From the NCBI GenBank assembly GCA_018398765.1, contig JAHBMJ010000134.1, positions 1 through 55,649 on the forward strand: a stretch of DNA of 55,649 bases, read 5' to 3'. The stretch's first letter is position 1, and every line of letters begins with the position of its first letter. The notes under the pieces are model-generated. The model saw only the letters and a list, made by a program, of their open reading frames with translations. It made no database searches and was not told the DNA's origin. This document shows positions 13,087-26,389 of this stretch, one piece after another. The stretch comes from Chromera velia (taxonomy: Eukaryota). A program made the position numbers and the translations under genes.

Positions 13087-15850
13087 TAGCCAATCAGTGG
13101 GGACAGTCTTTGTAGAAATGTTTTACTCCAGTGCTCCATAATTTATGAATGCCTCAGTTGACCCTATCACTCTCTAGATCGCTCTTAACCCGAGTTATGG
13201 GACAAATTTAAGAATTGGAAGTTGGAACGGCCAAGTAGGAATTTAGCTAGCAATTTAGACTCCAAATTTCTCACTTAATTTAGAACTATAATAAATTAGT
13301 AGTAATAATTTGGAAATCACTAGGAAATTAGAAACTTAATGTAAAATCCTCCCCTTTTTAGAATTAGAAACTTAATTCACTTTTTTGTCGCTTCATCTTG
13401 CGCAACGTCTTTCAGTCTGGCAGCTAGCAAACGTTCTCAAGCCCTACCTTTCTGCAGTTTTGCAGTTCTAACAGATAGCAAATCGAAACCGCATCACTTC
13501 AAAGAAGAAAGACAAAAGAGTGAAAAGGATTACCACGCGGAGGCAACGTGAAGCAACCGAGAGCTCATTCAATCGTTTCCTTGCGATTTTTGATATGCCC
13601 TTACTGCAATAATTCGCAGTCTCTTGTCTTCTCTCAAAGTTTCATTTCCCTTTCCCTGTGAAGGACATTCGCCCTCACTGTATTCTTGCCAAACATAAGA
13701 CGCAGCAGGAGGACTCCAGGGCTTGCCTTCCCATTATCTCCGACAGGGTCACGAAGGACTTCCCATGGCGTTGAGGAGACGTGATCGGTCAACAATGGAG
13801 TCTTTTCGCTCCTCCATCTGCTCAGTCTGCCTCCAAAAACGTGCAAGAGGAGATGTAGAACGATTCCTGAGCCCTCTGTGAAGAGCAGGAACGTGCTGGT
13901 CCCATCGCAAAGAAGGATGACGGAGAGTCCTGCGGCTGGGTCACCAGCTTCAGAATCCTTTCTTCTCTTTCTTGTCTCCTCCATCTTCAGTCTAAATCGT
14001 GGCTTGTTTGGACTTCTGCCGTTCGAGACACAAAGTCTGAGTAATTACATTCGTTTCTTGAAGGATTTCTTCTGTGTTTCTGCCTACATGGGCGTCCCTG
14101 GTATCTCTTCTTTCGAGTCGCAGTTACCGTCTCCTTCCTCTTGTGCCTCTTTCTTTTCCCGTCTCCGGCTTGCAGTGGCTTGGGGATGGACAGGAGGTGT
14201 ATCTAAACCACGAAGAGAACAACGCGTTCATCGTGCAATGAAATAGCCGAAGACGGCCAAGAACGAGAAAGACAAGGAGTGCCGTCACTGCCCACCTGTT
14301 CGAATTCGTGAGGATGACCAACAGACCTGATCGCTCTTTGAAGTGAACTCCTTCCTCGACTATCGCTTTTCTTTGAAAAGAGCAAGCAGACTACGCCTAC
14401 CCGTTCTATGAGAGACACTTCAGGGACCTTACCGTGCACTCCTCACACCCGTCTCCTTTCTGAACTCCGTTCGGTTCTTCAAATGACTGAGAAGAGAGAG
14501 AAGAGAACTTCGAGACGTCTCGTTGGAGTTCGATCGCTTAGACATCCTGCACAGCATCGCGACGACTTCACCTCCCCTGCCGCTGCGCTCTTCTTCAAGG
14601 TCATTAACTGGAGGAACTTCAAGAAAACCTTCGCGGTCATCTCCGACAAAGCTTGGACCGTGTGACTGTGAAGGATCGAATGAAGAGAAAAACGATTGAA
14701 GGGCATGCGATCAAACAGAAGCCTCACTCATTCTGTTCCTCTTAAAGTTTGGTCGGTTTCTTTTCTTTCTTGGTCCATTCACATGCAGTTGTGCTCACTC
14801 GCTCTCTGCATACACCTCGATTGATCATCCGTCCGTCCATCCGTCCTTCCGTACGTGCACATGCAACAGCCCGGAGGATTTAGAGAGAGACGCGTCAGTT
14901 CCCCTTTCTTTCTTCTTTTTGGTCTTATCATGCTCTTGTGGACACCAATGAAACGGCGTGAATGTTTAAGGGTGAGTATGGTATCGTTGACCACATGTTT
15001 CCTATACATGTTGGTTCTTTGAGTTGTATGTCTCCGGTCTGCCTGACTCTTCATGCAAGGGTCGTGGTATGACTGATGTACATACGCCATGCCGGCAGGT
15101 GGCTTGCTGCGTAGTGATGAGGGTGGGGTCAAAGTGCCACTCCGAGAGCCTTGTGCCTTATGCGGTCAGCAATGTGGATCCGCACTGCCGTTATGAAGAC
15201 CCCTGACCACGGATGTTTCGGTAAGCCCCCTCAACTTTCGTTGCTGTCGAGGCTGAGAGAGCGTGAAAGACCTGCCACCATACGGTGGATCGGCAAGTGG
15301 TCATACGGTGGACCGTTCTTTCTTCTTTTCTTCCTTTGGGGTTCTGGTGTTGTCTCACTTTTGCCTAGACTTTTGCATGCATTCTTGACAATTTCTTGTT
15401 CCGGCTTGCCATGCAAAGCTTTGAGAACGAAGGCATGCTGCATGCTTGGTGCTTCCTCTGCATGGTTATTGATTTGCCTATGGATTTGATTGAATACCAT
15501 CACAGAATACGTGCATGCATTGGATTAGATTCTGGAGTACATGGATTGAATTAAATTGAATTTCTGTTCCAGGTTTGTCCCGAGGTTCACTGCCGGGGGA
15601 TGGCTACGTCACGGCTTGCATTCCTGTGACTGTATATACATCTGGGCTAGTATCTGGATATACAGTCCTAGATACAGTCACATTCGAACCTAGCATTATA
15701 ACGCTGTCACGTCGCTGTGGCTGTTTAAATAACTTTCAATTTACATTCCACGCCTCGCAAGTATGAGCTAGAGTTTGAGACTTTGATAACTTTGAGTAAC
15801 TTAGATGAGTGATTTAAAGTAATCTAGAAAGCAATTTAGAGTAATTTCTA

Positions 15851-16064
15851 GGCTCGGTCCCATACGTAAAAAAATAAAAAAGTTAATTGCCTAAAGTCAC
15901 TTTTACTTTTTATTTATTTATTTTTTTTTTTGAAGCAAGCACTTCAAGTTCGTTTCTCAAAGCCCAGCTGACCTAGCAGCTGACACACAAAAATAAAAAA
16001 ATAAAAAAACTAATTCACATTTAGGCCTAAATTTATTGATTTATTTTTTTATGTATGGGAAGCC
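15851..16064. mobile_element. Small AT-rich MITE
   Basis: Imperfect TIRs GGCT(CGG)TCCCATACGTAAAAAAATAAA and TTTATTTTTTTATGTATGGGAAGCC, flanked by TA on both sides. Confidence 0.6.
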
Positions 16065-16737
16065 TAGAGTAATTTCGCTGATAGTAATTCAAAGTATACT
16101 TTAAAGCAATTTAGAGAAATTTAAAGTAATTCAGATTACAGTATATAGTAATTAATAACTTGAAAACTAGTTATATAGTCTTATGAATATAATTTAACTT
16201 TGAAGGCGCCAGAGAGCTAGCCGGAGAGTCAGCGACAAAGCTTTAAGTGACAAACGTATAGTAGTAGTGTCAGGCTGCCTTCAGCTGCCTCTGCAGGGTT
16301 ATGTGCAGCGGGGGGAGCTGGAAAAGACCTGCTCCAAGCTAAACTGCTCAGCTTACTCTGGCAGAAAAGTTTATGATAAGATCCATCTGCTCACAAGAGG
16401 TACAGACTATCAGAGAGGGAGAGACAAAAACTTGACGAAATCATCAGCAGAATAGAGGAGCACGCACCCATTGAGAAACGGGTAGAAATTGCACAATGGG
16501 TGGCTGCCTCAGCTGTATAGTAAGAGACTGGGGGAAAGTGAAAAGAAAGTCCGAGAGATGATCGTTCTTAATCGTATCATCGACGATTCATTGTTCCACT
16601 GGCAGCCTCTGTCAGGTATGAGGGCTACCGGTACTACTAGAGGAATACTAGAGGAGTGTATAGCCATATTGGCATGAGTTTATGTTATCATGTATGAATG
16701 GATCAATACGCTAAGTTAACAAACCAACATTGCATGT

Positions 16738-17689
16738 CATGCCCTATATAGTATATTTAAGAGTTACTTTTTAAAAAAAATAACTAGATTTTTTCAGACA
16801 CCTGAAGTTACTGTACTAGAAGTAACTTTAAAAGTAACTTCAATATTTTTCGGAAGTTACGGTAGTAAAAGTAGACATAGGGTTTTTACATGCATATAAA
16901 AACGATCGAAGACCTAAAAGATCTTTATGATGTACATCATAATATTGACACAAGTTTAAATTTAAAAGTGATTAAACTTTATCTTTGAGATTTTTAGCGT
17001 TACCAAGTGCTTCTCAGCAGCTTCTGTTGCCGTCTTATACATCTTTAATGACTATTAATGACCCATTACATGAAATCGATCCAAAATTAGGGGTTTTCCT
17101 ATCCTATAGCGGAGGCAAAGCGCCCTCCTGCACTCGTTCTTCTATGTCATTCTCTTCTTACGACTACTTGTCTTGTGATAAACCCATCGCAAGATTAACT
17201 AAACAAAGCTAGAAATAAAATATAAATAAAAAACTAAATACTAAGTTCTTAGAAGGCAGAGCCATCAAAGTCTTTTCTTTTCTAAATTCAAATTTGTTTC
17301 AGGAATGGTTGTCTTCCCGTCTCTATGCAATCGACTTTAATCAGGGGCATATGATCCGTCACACATGCGTCTACCCCGTAAAATCCCCCGTAAAGCTAGA
17401 CATATGAACGTACTACTGAATCATGCTAGGCCCAGAAGCCTAAAATCTTACCATAACTAGAAAACAATAGAAGAACTCTAATTAAGGACCATTTAAGGTA
17501 AAAACATGTGCATACACTTACGATTTAATACGGGATTATGTCTTTTAGGCCGAGATTCTACGGTAACTAGAAAGAAGTAGAAGAACTCTAAGGGGCTTAA
17601 GTTACTTGTACAGAGTTACTCAAAAGTCAGTAACTAAAGATTTTGACTGACAGACTGTTGTTACTCTTAAACGGACTATGTATGGCATG
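16738..17689. mobile_element. Degenerate TIR element, possibly an internally deleted DNA transposon
   Basis: CATGCCCTATATAGTATATTTAAGAGT is an imperfect inverse of ACTCTTAAACGGACTATGTATGGCATG; repeated AGTAAC/GTTACT motifs near both ends. Confidence 0.4.
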
Positions 17690-18538
17690 CTCCGTGGTTG
17701 CTAACTGGTTGGCCAGAGCCTAAGTGGTGGTTCACCGGCTTTAACCGCCTCAATTCACGGCTGTCTTGTATAGCTAGAGGAAAGCTCTACCTAGAGTTGT
17801 ACTCCAATTCATTCAAGGCTTAAATTTACCAAGGAACTCTCATTCATTCAAGTTTATTAACGTTGAACACTCATACAGTGATGATTATATATATTAGAAG
17901 TGAACATATACCTGTTCTAGAGTCTGTTACACTGTCAGATAGACTAGACGGGTGGAAAGCTAGGCACCGGCGGAAAGTTCACTAAAAACCTATAGGTGAA
18001 AGCAGTCAGAAAACTATTTATAGAATTAAAAAACACACGTTTAAGCGTAGCCAATCAAATGCGGGCACTTCCATGAAAAAATATTTTGAAGCAACATTTA
18101 ACCTAGCATTAAACATTGATGTTCAGATCAACAGTCTAGTCAAGAATCCGTGTCGTGCTGCTTGAAATGAACACCTAACTAGGCGGCGTGCTAGGCGGTG
18201 TTAGATGCGAGGGCGGTCATGCAAACTTCAAAGCGACGTGGAAGAAGATGCAGTGACAGCAAAAAACAGTCTGACATTTGCATGCTGAATGGCACAACCC
18301 TCAGATGAAAGCAAAAGTGCTGTGAGTAAAGACACAAGTACCCTGTTTCAAACATTGCTAGGAATGTCAATCGATCACAAGAAGAGAAACGGGGATGAAA
18401 AGCAGAAACTGAGTTCCGCGCCCCAAGAGAAGTCCAGCTTTGTACTGATGAGCACTCAATTCATTGTTTGCGGGGGTGAATCTCCCTCCCCTTTGCTCCC
18501 ACGTGCTCGCTCGGCGCGCTGGTCTGCTGATCTTCCGT

Positions 18539-21500
18539 CTACTTTCTGTCCCCACGCTCCATGCGGTATCTGTGCACTGCCTTCATCTCCGCCTTCAGGA
18601 GCTCTGCTACATTCTCGCCCCTCACACCTTCCCACGTTGCCTGCCTACTCCTGTGAAGGCGGTGCCGTGCAGACTCGATGGTCGGGTGTCGGGCCTGCAC
18701 GCATGTATCAGGGGACGCATACGTCGCAACATTCACGAGAAGACCCGTGCACGCACACATTCTGCGTGCGCAAGCACACTTAGCGAAAAAAGAAGAGCGA
18801 AGGGGGAAGGGCGGGGTGGCAGGCAGGAAGAAGCAAAACAGAAGAGAGGGAGGAACGGCCCGGTAAAAAGGCCGTTTCCGGACACACGGCAGCAAAGGCA
18901 GAAACAAATTAGAAACGAGAATGGGAAAGATGAGGAGAGGAAAGGTGACAAATTGAAGCACACGTGGGTGCTAGTGTGAAGATAGAACAAACCTAAACAC
19001 CCTTCCAGAGACTCAAAACCAAACGTGGGTGCTAGTGTGAAGACAGAACAAACCCAAACACCCTCCCAGAGAATCAACAGACGGCAAACAGGCACACGTG
19101 GGTGCTCGGGTGAAGACAGAGTAAACCCAAACACCCTTCCAGAGAATCAAAAGCAAACGTGGGTGCTAGTGTGAAGACAGAACAAACCTAAACACCCTTC
19201 CAGATAATCAACAGACGGGCAAAAAGCAAACGTGGGTGCTAGTGTGAAGACAGAACAAACCCAAACACCCTCCCAGAGAATCAACAGACGGGTAAAAAGC
19301 AAACGTGGGTGCTAGTGTGAAGACAGAACAAACCCAAACACCCTCCCAGAGAATCAACAGACGGGCAAAAAGCAAACGTGGGTGCTAGTGTGAAGACAGA
19401 ACAAACCCAAACACCCTTCCAGCGAATCAACAGACGGGCAAAAAGCAAACGTGGGTGCTGGTGTGAAGACAGAACAAACCCAAACACCCTTCCAGAGAAT
19501 CAAAAGCAAACGTGGGTGCTAGTGCGAAGGCAGAACAAACCCAAACACCCTCCCAGATAATCAACAGACGGCAAAAAGCAAACGTGGGTGCTAGTGTGAA
19601 GACAGAACAAACCCAAACACCCTTCCAGAGAATCAACAGACGGGGAAAAGTGAACGTGGATGCTCGTGTGAAGACAGAACAAACCCAAACACCCTCCCAG
19701 AGAATCAACAGACGGCAAAAAGCAAACGTGGGTGCTGGTGTGAAGACAGAACAAACCCAAACACCCTTCCAGAGAATCAACAGACGGCAAAAAGCAAACG
19801 TGGGTGCTAGTGTGAAGACAGAACAAACCCAAACACCCTTCCAGATAATCAACAGACGGGCAAAAAGCAAACGTGGGTGCTAGTGTGAAGACAGAACAAA
19901 CCCAAACACCCTTCCAGAGGATCCACAGACGGGCAAAAGGGGGAGTGAGACAGACCACAGATAGATAGATAAATTGATTGATGAATGAATACGTGTGGCC
20001 TCAGGATAAGGCAAAGGCAAATCTGCACACGTCCCGTCCTCACTCCCATGCACCCCCCCGCGTGCCCCCTGTACTAACCTCACGGACCTGACTGCCCTTC
20101 CTTTCTCAACGTACATACCCCTACTCTAGACTCTGCCTCGTCCGCTTCTCCTGACCGACCTCTGGTGGCATGAATCCAAGACTTTGTTCTGCGACTTTTG
20201 GAAACTTCGCTGGGTGTGCAGTGCCGAGCACCAGCGTCTGAAGAGGGACCAGGGCCCCGGAAGCGGGCCCCCCCTCCCGCTCTCCGTGCATGCCGGAGCC
20301 CAGGGCCAGACGGATGGTCGCACACACCGCAACCGCAGCGTGGGGGTCCAGGAGAAGAGGTTTTTCTGCAGAAAGGAATGCACGCAAAGCTCTCTCTGCC
20401 TAATTCCGTATCTGCATGAATGGAATGAAACCAAAAGGCGAGCCAGCCGGGGAATCAAGAAGGCAAACAGATTCAGTAGGTCAGCAGATGCTGTGCCTCG
20501 GCAATGCTCACCAAGTGCGAAAAAAAGAAAGGCCCGTAAGGCAAAACTGCGCCCACCCCCGATGTTCCAGTCAGCCCTTCAAAACAACTCCTTTGTCTCT
20601 GCAAGACTGAAAACCGAATTGAATCGATTCACCCCCGCGCCCCCCTCACTTCCGCTCACCTTCATTTTCTTTTGTCCACTTGTAGACCCGCAGAATCATG
20701 TCAGACACTTCCGAGTCCTCAACCGCCTCTGCCGCAAAGTCTGATCTCACAACGCTCAGACAGGCATCCCCAAGATGGACCTGCTCGGTCGGTCAAGTGA
20801 CCGAAGGAAATAGAACCAATTCGAATGAAACAAACGAAAAAAGATAACAGATTTGCTCGAAACAAAACGAATGTCCAGAGAATGAGGGACACACAAAATC
20901 TACCGTATCCTTCGTCGTGTCTCAACTCACTAGTCCGCCCTCCTTCCAATTGACCATTCGGTCTCCAAATCCTTAATTCCAACTACTGAAGTACCTGTTG
21001 AAATCCTCCTGTTTGTGGGGGGCTTTTGCATTTCTGGGCCCCATGTTCTTGCTCAGCTGCCTCGAGGGCGTCTTCTTCTTCCTTCTCCTTCGTCTCCCTA
21101 ATAGTCGCCTCCTCTTTCTTCTCTGAGACGCTGTTGAAGACTTTGGTCCACTCACTGATCTTCTCTCCGTTCCTCCCTGTCGCCAGATAGAGGTACCTCC
21201 AGAAATTGTAGGGGACCTGAGGGCGTCAATCAACCCAGAAGGGCAGTCACTCACTCAGGCAGGCTGCCACGCACTCGAGTCGCCAGTAAATCAAAAAGGC
21301 CAGCAGGAAGCCAGAGAGGCAAACAGGAAACAGCCTAGCTCAACGAATGGAAGGGGAAATTGTGTACACTTTCAATCGACCCCCAGGCTCCCCTGTTGGA
21401 AGGAAAAGCAACTGAGATGCAGCTGCGTGGCGAGCGCGCTAAGATCACCGCAATATGGAGGGAAAGAAAGCGTCGATCATGTGACATTTTCATCACATGT

Positions 21501-23445
21501 TGGAAGGAGACAGATATGTGATGAAGGGGATGACTGTGATCTCATCACATCTCATCTCAGGTCACTTTAATTGTGTGCAAACCAAAGAGGACCGTTCGCG
21601 GGTTTCCATCCATACGCCTACTTTCACGAGTCCGTTCATTCCCATCCCCAAGCGGCTTCATCTTCATGTCACAACGGGATGGGGATCCATTCCACCCGAC
21701 CTTCACTGAATGCCAAAACGACTGAAATGACCCCCTGACTGAGTGCCTTACTGACCACAATGTCTATAGCACTTGAGAGCGTCTCCAGGATCTGAGCTTT
21801 GAAGAAAGTACCACGGTGAACAACCTGCACGCACGCACCCACGCACTCACTCAGTAAGTAAGCAGGACGATGCGATGCCGTCTCAGAACATCCACCAGTG
21901 CATCCCTCCCTTCGTTTATTAATACACTCCAAGAGACGGGCGGCAACAGGACCTTCCTTTGCAATGCAAGCAACATGAAGCGACTGGATGAATCCAAGTA
22001 CAAGCAATCAACATGCTTTTAAAAAAGAGTCAAACAGACAGAGAGACAGTCCATCCGTCCATCGACTGTCGGCATTTCCAACCCAGCAGGTGCCCTTCGA
22101 CAACTCTTGATACGCATCATGGCGTCTGAGTGCCCGAAAGGCATTGACAAGGAGGGAAAGTACAAACAGCAGAGAGAGCTACCCCTTCCCTGTGTCATCC
22201 CTCCCTGATCTTCTGTTGTCTATCTTGCTCTTGACTCCCGCGGTAAGTCTGCGCTTTATCATTGCTCAATTTTGTATCCTGTTGCTGAGAATCTGAAAAT
22301 GTTGTTTTCAATCTTCATGAATTCGGTCTCTCTTTGTTTTTATTTTCGGTCCCCCTCCCCCCCCCTCTCTCACTGGTGCGCACGCAACTCATGTACGCAC
22401 CCGGCACACGGAGTTGTTGGTGTTGTTCGCGCAGAGAATTCTGTGGACGTCCAGTCCCATCTTCTTCGCGATTGATCCTGCGAATAAGACAAAGTGAAAT
22501 AGGAGAACACGGGAAACATCGAAGAGCATTCTCTCTCAACTAATTCCTGGAGACACAGAACTGCAATAATGCGAGGAAACGGGGGACAAACCACACCGAA
22601 GAAAGAAAGATCCGTGGGGAGATACAGGTCCCGGAATGGTCGTATGCATGGAGGCGATCGATCGATGATGCAGAAAAGAACAAACAAGAAGGGATTAATA
22701 ATTACGCCCTTGGTGGGGGGGGGCATCTTTTGTGTTTGTGAAAAGGACAACAAAGGGAAAGCACCTGACAAGGGACTCCACCCCTCTTCACAGTTCCACT
22801 CCCCTTTGACTTGCCGCTGACTCTTGTCAGAAGAACGTAAACAGCTCACTGTCTACACACACACACAGCGCCTGAAGATTGCATGACCCAGTCAAAGTCG
22901 AGACTCACCTGTCCCTACATCGTCAAGTGCGGATAAACTCCTAGAATTGGTCGACATTCTTTCGCTCATTTTATCAAAAAGAGAAGAACCTCTACGAACC
23001 TGCGAGGGCGTTTCCAAAGCCCCCCGTGGGAACTGCAAACAGAGCGCCTGCTGCCTTCCCCCCTCCGGACTCCCTCAGCTCTGCGGCTCTGAAGAAGGAG
23101 AAGAAGTAGTGCACGACTTGGACCTGCAAAAATACAAGAACAGAAGCGAAACAAGTCCTCGAAGGCGTTGATTGTGCACAGCCGCAAAAGGGAGAAGATC
23201 GAATGGGGCAGACACCCACACAGTGACAACTGTCGGCAACACATAAAGCATTCCGAAGGCCACGAAGAGTGACACCCGCCTTTCAAAGACTTTCGAATTC
23301 TGATGGTTCTAGATACGTGTTACACCCCTCAGATTTCCGACCGCATCGCTGCCGGACATATCAAAGAAGCACAGAGACGACACCCCCCCGACCCCCCGCG
23401 CACTCCATTGAATGCAACGACAGACAGACAGAAAGACAGACAGAC

Positions 23446-23522
<77 letters not shown>

Positions 23523-25362
23523 GGCAGGCAGGCAGGCAGGCAGACAGACACACAGACAGACCGACAGACAGACACACAGACAGACAGGCAGACAGACACA
23601 CAGACAGACCGACAGACAGACAGACAGACAGACAGACCAGGACGCGTCCCCAATTGACAGAGTTGACGCTCCCCAGAGGAACCTCAGAGGCAAATTGTGA
23701 GTCTCCGAACAGATCCGCCACCGTCTCGTCGAGGCTGTCTCCCCCCAGGGGACACGCAGAAACTCCCACAGCGTGCACGTTTCCTCCCACTGAAGGTGAC
23801 GTCACACAAAGAAAAAACATTAGACAGTGGGAGTCTCAGGCAGTCGACAGAAACGAAAGGATCCAACGACGGAGACAGAAAGACAATTTCAATCGACAAT
23901 GAAACAGAGGTACGTATGAATGAAAGGGCACGTGCAGATCTAGAGGAAGCACCGACCAACCCAGAGTGGTCATCTGTCGCTCCTGCTGTTCCGAAATCAG
24001 GCCCTTGGGGTAGAGGCACCAGCAGTCGAGGGCTTGCTTCCCCTCACACGCAAATGCGGCGGCTGGCCCAGTGTCCCCTGCAGAGACACCAACAGCAAAT
24101 CAGCACTCATCCCGTGAGCCAACCATTCCATTTTCCTCACCAATCAATCGATGAAACCGGTCGACAGAGGAGACTTGCGAAAGAGAAGGGAGGCAGGAAG
24201 CAGGGAATGAAAAACGGAAGGGGGCGAGACAGGAAGAAAAGCACCAAAGGAGGAAGGCGGCAAGAAAAAGGTAGATAGAGAGAACCCAAGAATGGAGCAC
24301 GAAAGCGTGTTTTGTCAGCACTGCTGCTCATCACCACACTGAGGTCCCGCAGAGGCACGCAACCTCCCTCCGCCCTTCCACCCACCCACTGTTCCACCCA
24401 CCGGTTGTTGCAACCATGACGTGTCTTCTCTCTCCCCCACCCCGTCTTCTCAGAAAGAAGTCCATCACGTTGCAGAGGAATCCCATAGCCAGCTGCGAAG
24501 AGGAACGCGCACCCACGCAAGAAGGAAGAGAGGGACAATAGTGGAGGCACGTATGGGCATATGCCTCCGAGTGGGGACTTTCCTGTTACGACCCTCCATG
24601 CGGCAACGATGCCTTTTCATCTCTTGCGGCTCCAAGATTTCTTTTCAACAGCAAGGAACGGAGAAAGCTTTTCTGTTCTCTTCTCTTCTGTTCTCCTCCC
24701 TATTTCAAACGAGTCGATCGAAACCTGCAGAGCTAGGCGAACTTTGGAAAAGAGAGAGTTGGAATCAAAACACGGGAGCAAATCGGTAGGAGACAGAGAG
24801 AATCCGTGGCGACAGAGAAATACACACCCGCTTGTCCGTTCTATGCAAGCGAATTCTCGAATCCTTCCGCCCATCAGGTCCATGTCTCCTCGCCTAGATG
24901 GCTCGACTGACTGACGTCCTTGAATGCCAGCGTGGGACCGTGGAACAACTCCACGAGGAAAATGCTCCTCTTTCCCGCCCCCTCTCTTCCTTCTGCTTGC
25001 CTCATTCTCTGGAGATCTGCCTCATCGTCAAACAAGGCCTCGAGGGGAATCTTTCTAAGTTTCAGGGGAACCACATCATCGCCATCCTCCTCTGCTTGAG
25101 GAAAGTGTCTGTAGCTTTCATCAATCACTTCCCTCAGCTCTTCCCTTGACATCTCACGGCTGTCCACGAAGAGAGAGACGATCTCTAGGGCCAGAGAGGT
25201 GAAGGATAGAGACTTCCATTTAGCCAGCGTCTCCTCGGACACTTTTGGGATGGTCTCTGGAACGAAGTAGCCTCCATCAGATGCGAAGCCCTGAAGAATC
25301 GCCTCCTCGAAGGAAGAGTAAAAGCCCTCTCCGGGGCTACTATTTGTACTTGTGTACCTCAT
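18539..25362 (-). CDS. thrC: Threonine synthase (PLP-dependent), 11 exons, 593 aa predicted
   Basis: Exons 25362-24916, 24492-24402, 24077-23961, 23789-23638, 23123-23000, 22477-22401, 21824-21756, 21216-20995, 20780-20660, 20365-20160, 18694-18539; all GT-AG with consistent phases (1782 nt). Motifs: [62 protein letters not shown]. Confidence 0.93.
18955..19937. repeat. Intronic minisatellite, 14 units of 61/72/73 bp
   Basis: The CGTGG(G/A)TGCT motif starts at 18963, 19024, 19097, 19158, 19231, 19304, 19377, 19450, 19511, 19583, 19655, 19727, 19799 and 19872; lies in the last intron of threonine synthase. Confidence 0.95.
23420..23637. repeat. (CAGA)n microsatellite in a threonine synthase intron
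   Basis: Tandem CAGA/CAGG repeats starting at the splice donor of exon 4. Confidence 0.9.
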
Positions 25363-26389
25363 CGGAAAGTGGGAGACACACTGTGGGGCTTTCGCCTTCC
25401 CGTCTCTGCAAGTCAGGCGGAGACGGCGTCAGCTGCTGGCCAAGACTTTCAGAACAGTGGAGTCAAATTGAAACTCATGCAGCGCAGAAGAGGTTGTCTG
25501 CAGTCAGCAATTTCAATCTGACTACGCATTGCGAAGTCCACAAGGGTGATTGACAATACTTGACGTTCGGATCATTTTTGATCCTCCAAAGATTTTTGGT
25601 GTGCTTCATTACTGATCCGTCTCTCCAAAAATTGCAGCTATAGCTCGGCAGAGCTCGGCTCCATGCAATCGGCGGCGGCCAGGTGCGGGCCTGGCTAACG
25701 GGTGGGCGGGCCGGCCTACCAACGGTAACCAACCGCGGCAGGTTCCGTTGGCCAAGAACAAATATCTTAAAATTTATTTCCTCAAAAAAAAATTAATTGC
25801 CCTCCATCGTTCATTTCTGATCACTGTTTTTAGGTGCACATGAAAATCAGTGAAAATTCAGAAAAATTTGAAAAATTGAGTGAAAATTAATTGGTTTCAA
25901 ATAAAATTATTCACTTTAAAAATGCCTAAAATAACACAACAAAATACATTATTTGATTTAACAATCTTGAAAAATGTTTTAATACACCCAATAACTTTCT
26001 TTTAATTTATTTTTTCTATTTTTTATTTATTTTTACTACTAGTTTTCTACACGTGCGTTAGTTCTTTGTGTGTTGTCTTGAAAACTGTTTTAAAGAGTGT
26101 AGTTAGCCTTTATAAGCTTTCAACAGCTCTTCTCGCCCCGTTCAAGCTGTGATGCACGCCGTTCAAGCTCTTAAGATACGATAACGTATACAAACATATC
26201 GATTAAAACATGTTCAAGGGATTATGTTCGCGTTAGTTCGAGCTGCGCGTATACCCTATTCGTACACTTAAACAGACTCGACAATCTATCTTCAAATTGG
26301 ATCTCTTCATTGCAAGTCAATCGGTTAGAAGGCACATCATCTGAACTTTCTGACCATCTTCGACTGCCAGTGACAGCGCGCCGTATGGA

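Noticed and set aside
13634..15500. Coding-like fragments (also at 1838-2720 and 3700-6230)
   Set aside because: Stops in every frame and no recognisable motifs; may be decayed genes but cannot be supported.
18955..19937. CRISPR-like array
   Set aside because: Inter-core segments are near-identical rather than unique spacers, no cas genes are present, and the array lies in a eukaryotic intron.
20973..21254. Basic ORF on the minus strand
   Set aside because: Wrong-frame shadow of threonine synthase exon 21216-20995.
22905..22945. Candidate extra threonine synthase exon
   Set aside because: Contains stops; the model is complete and in phase without it.
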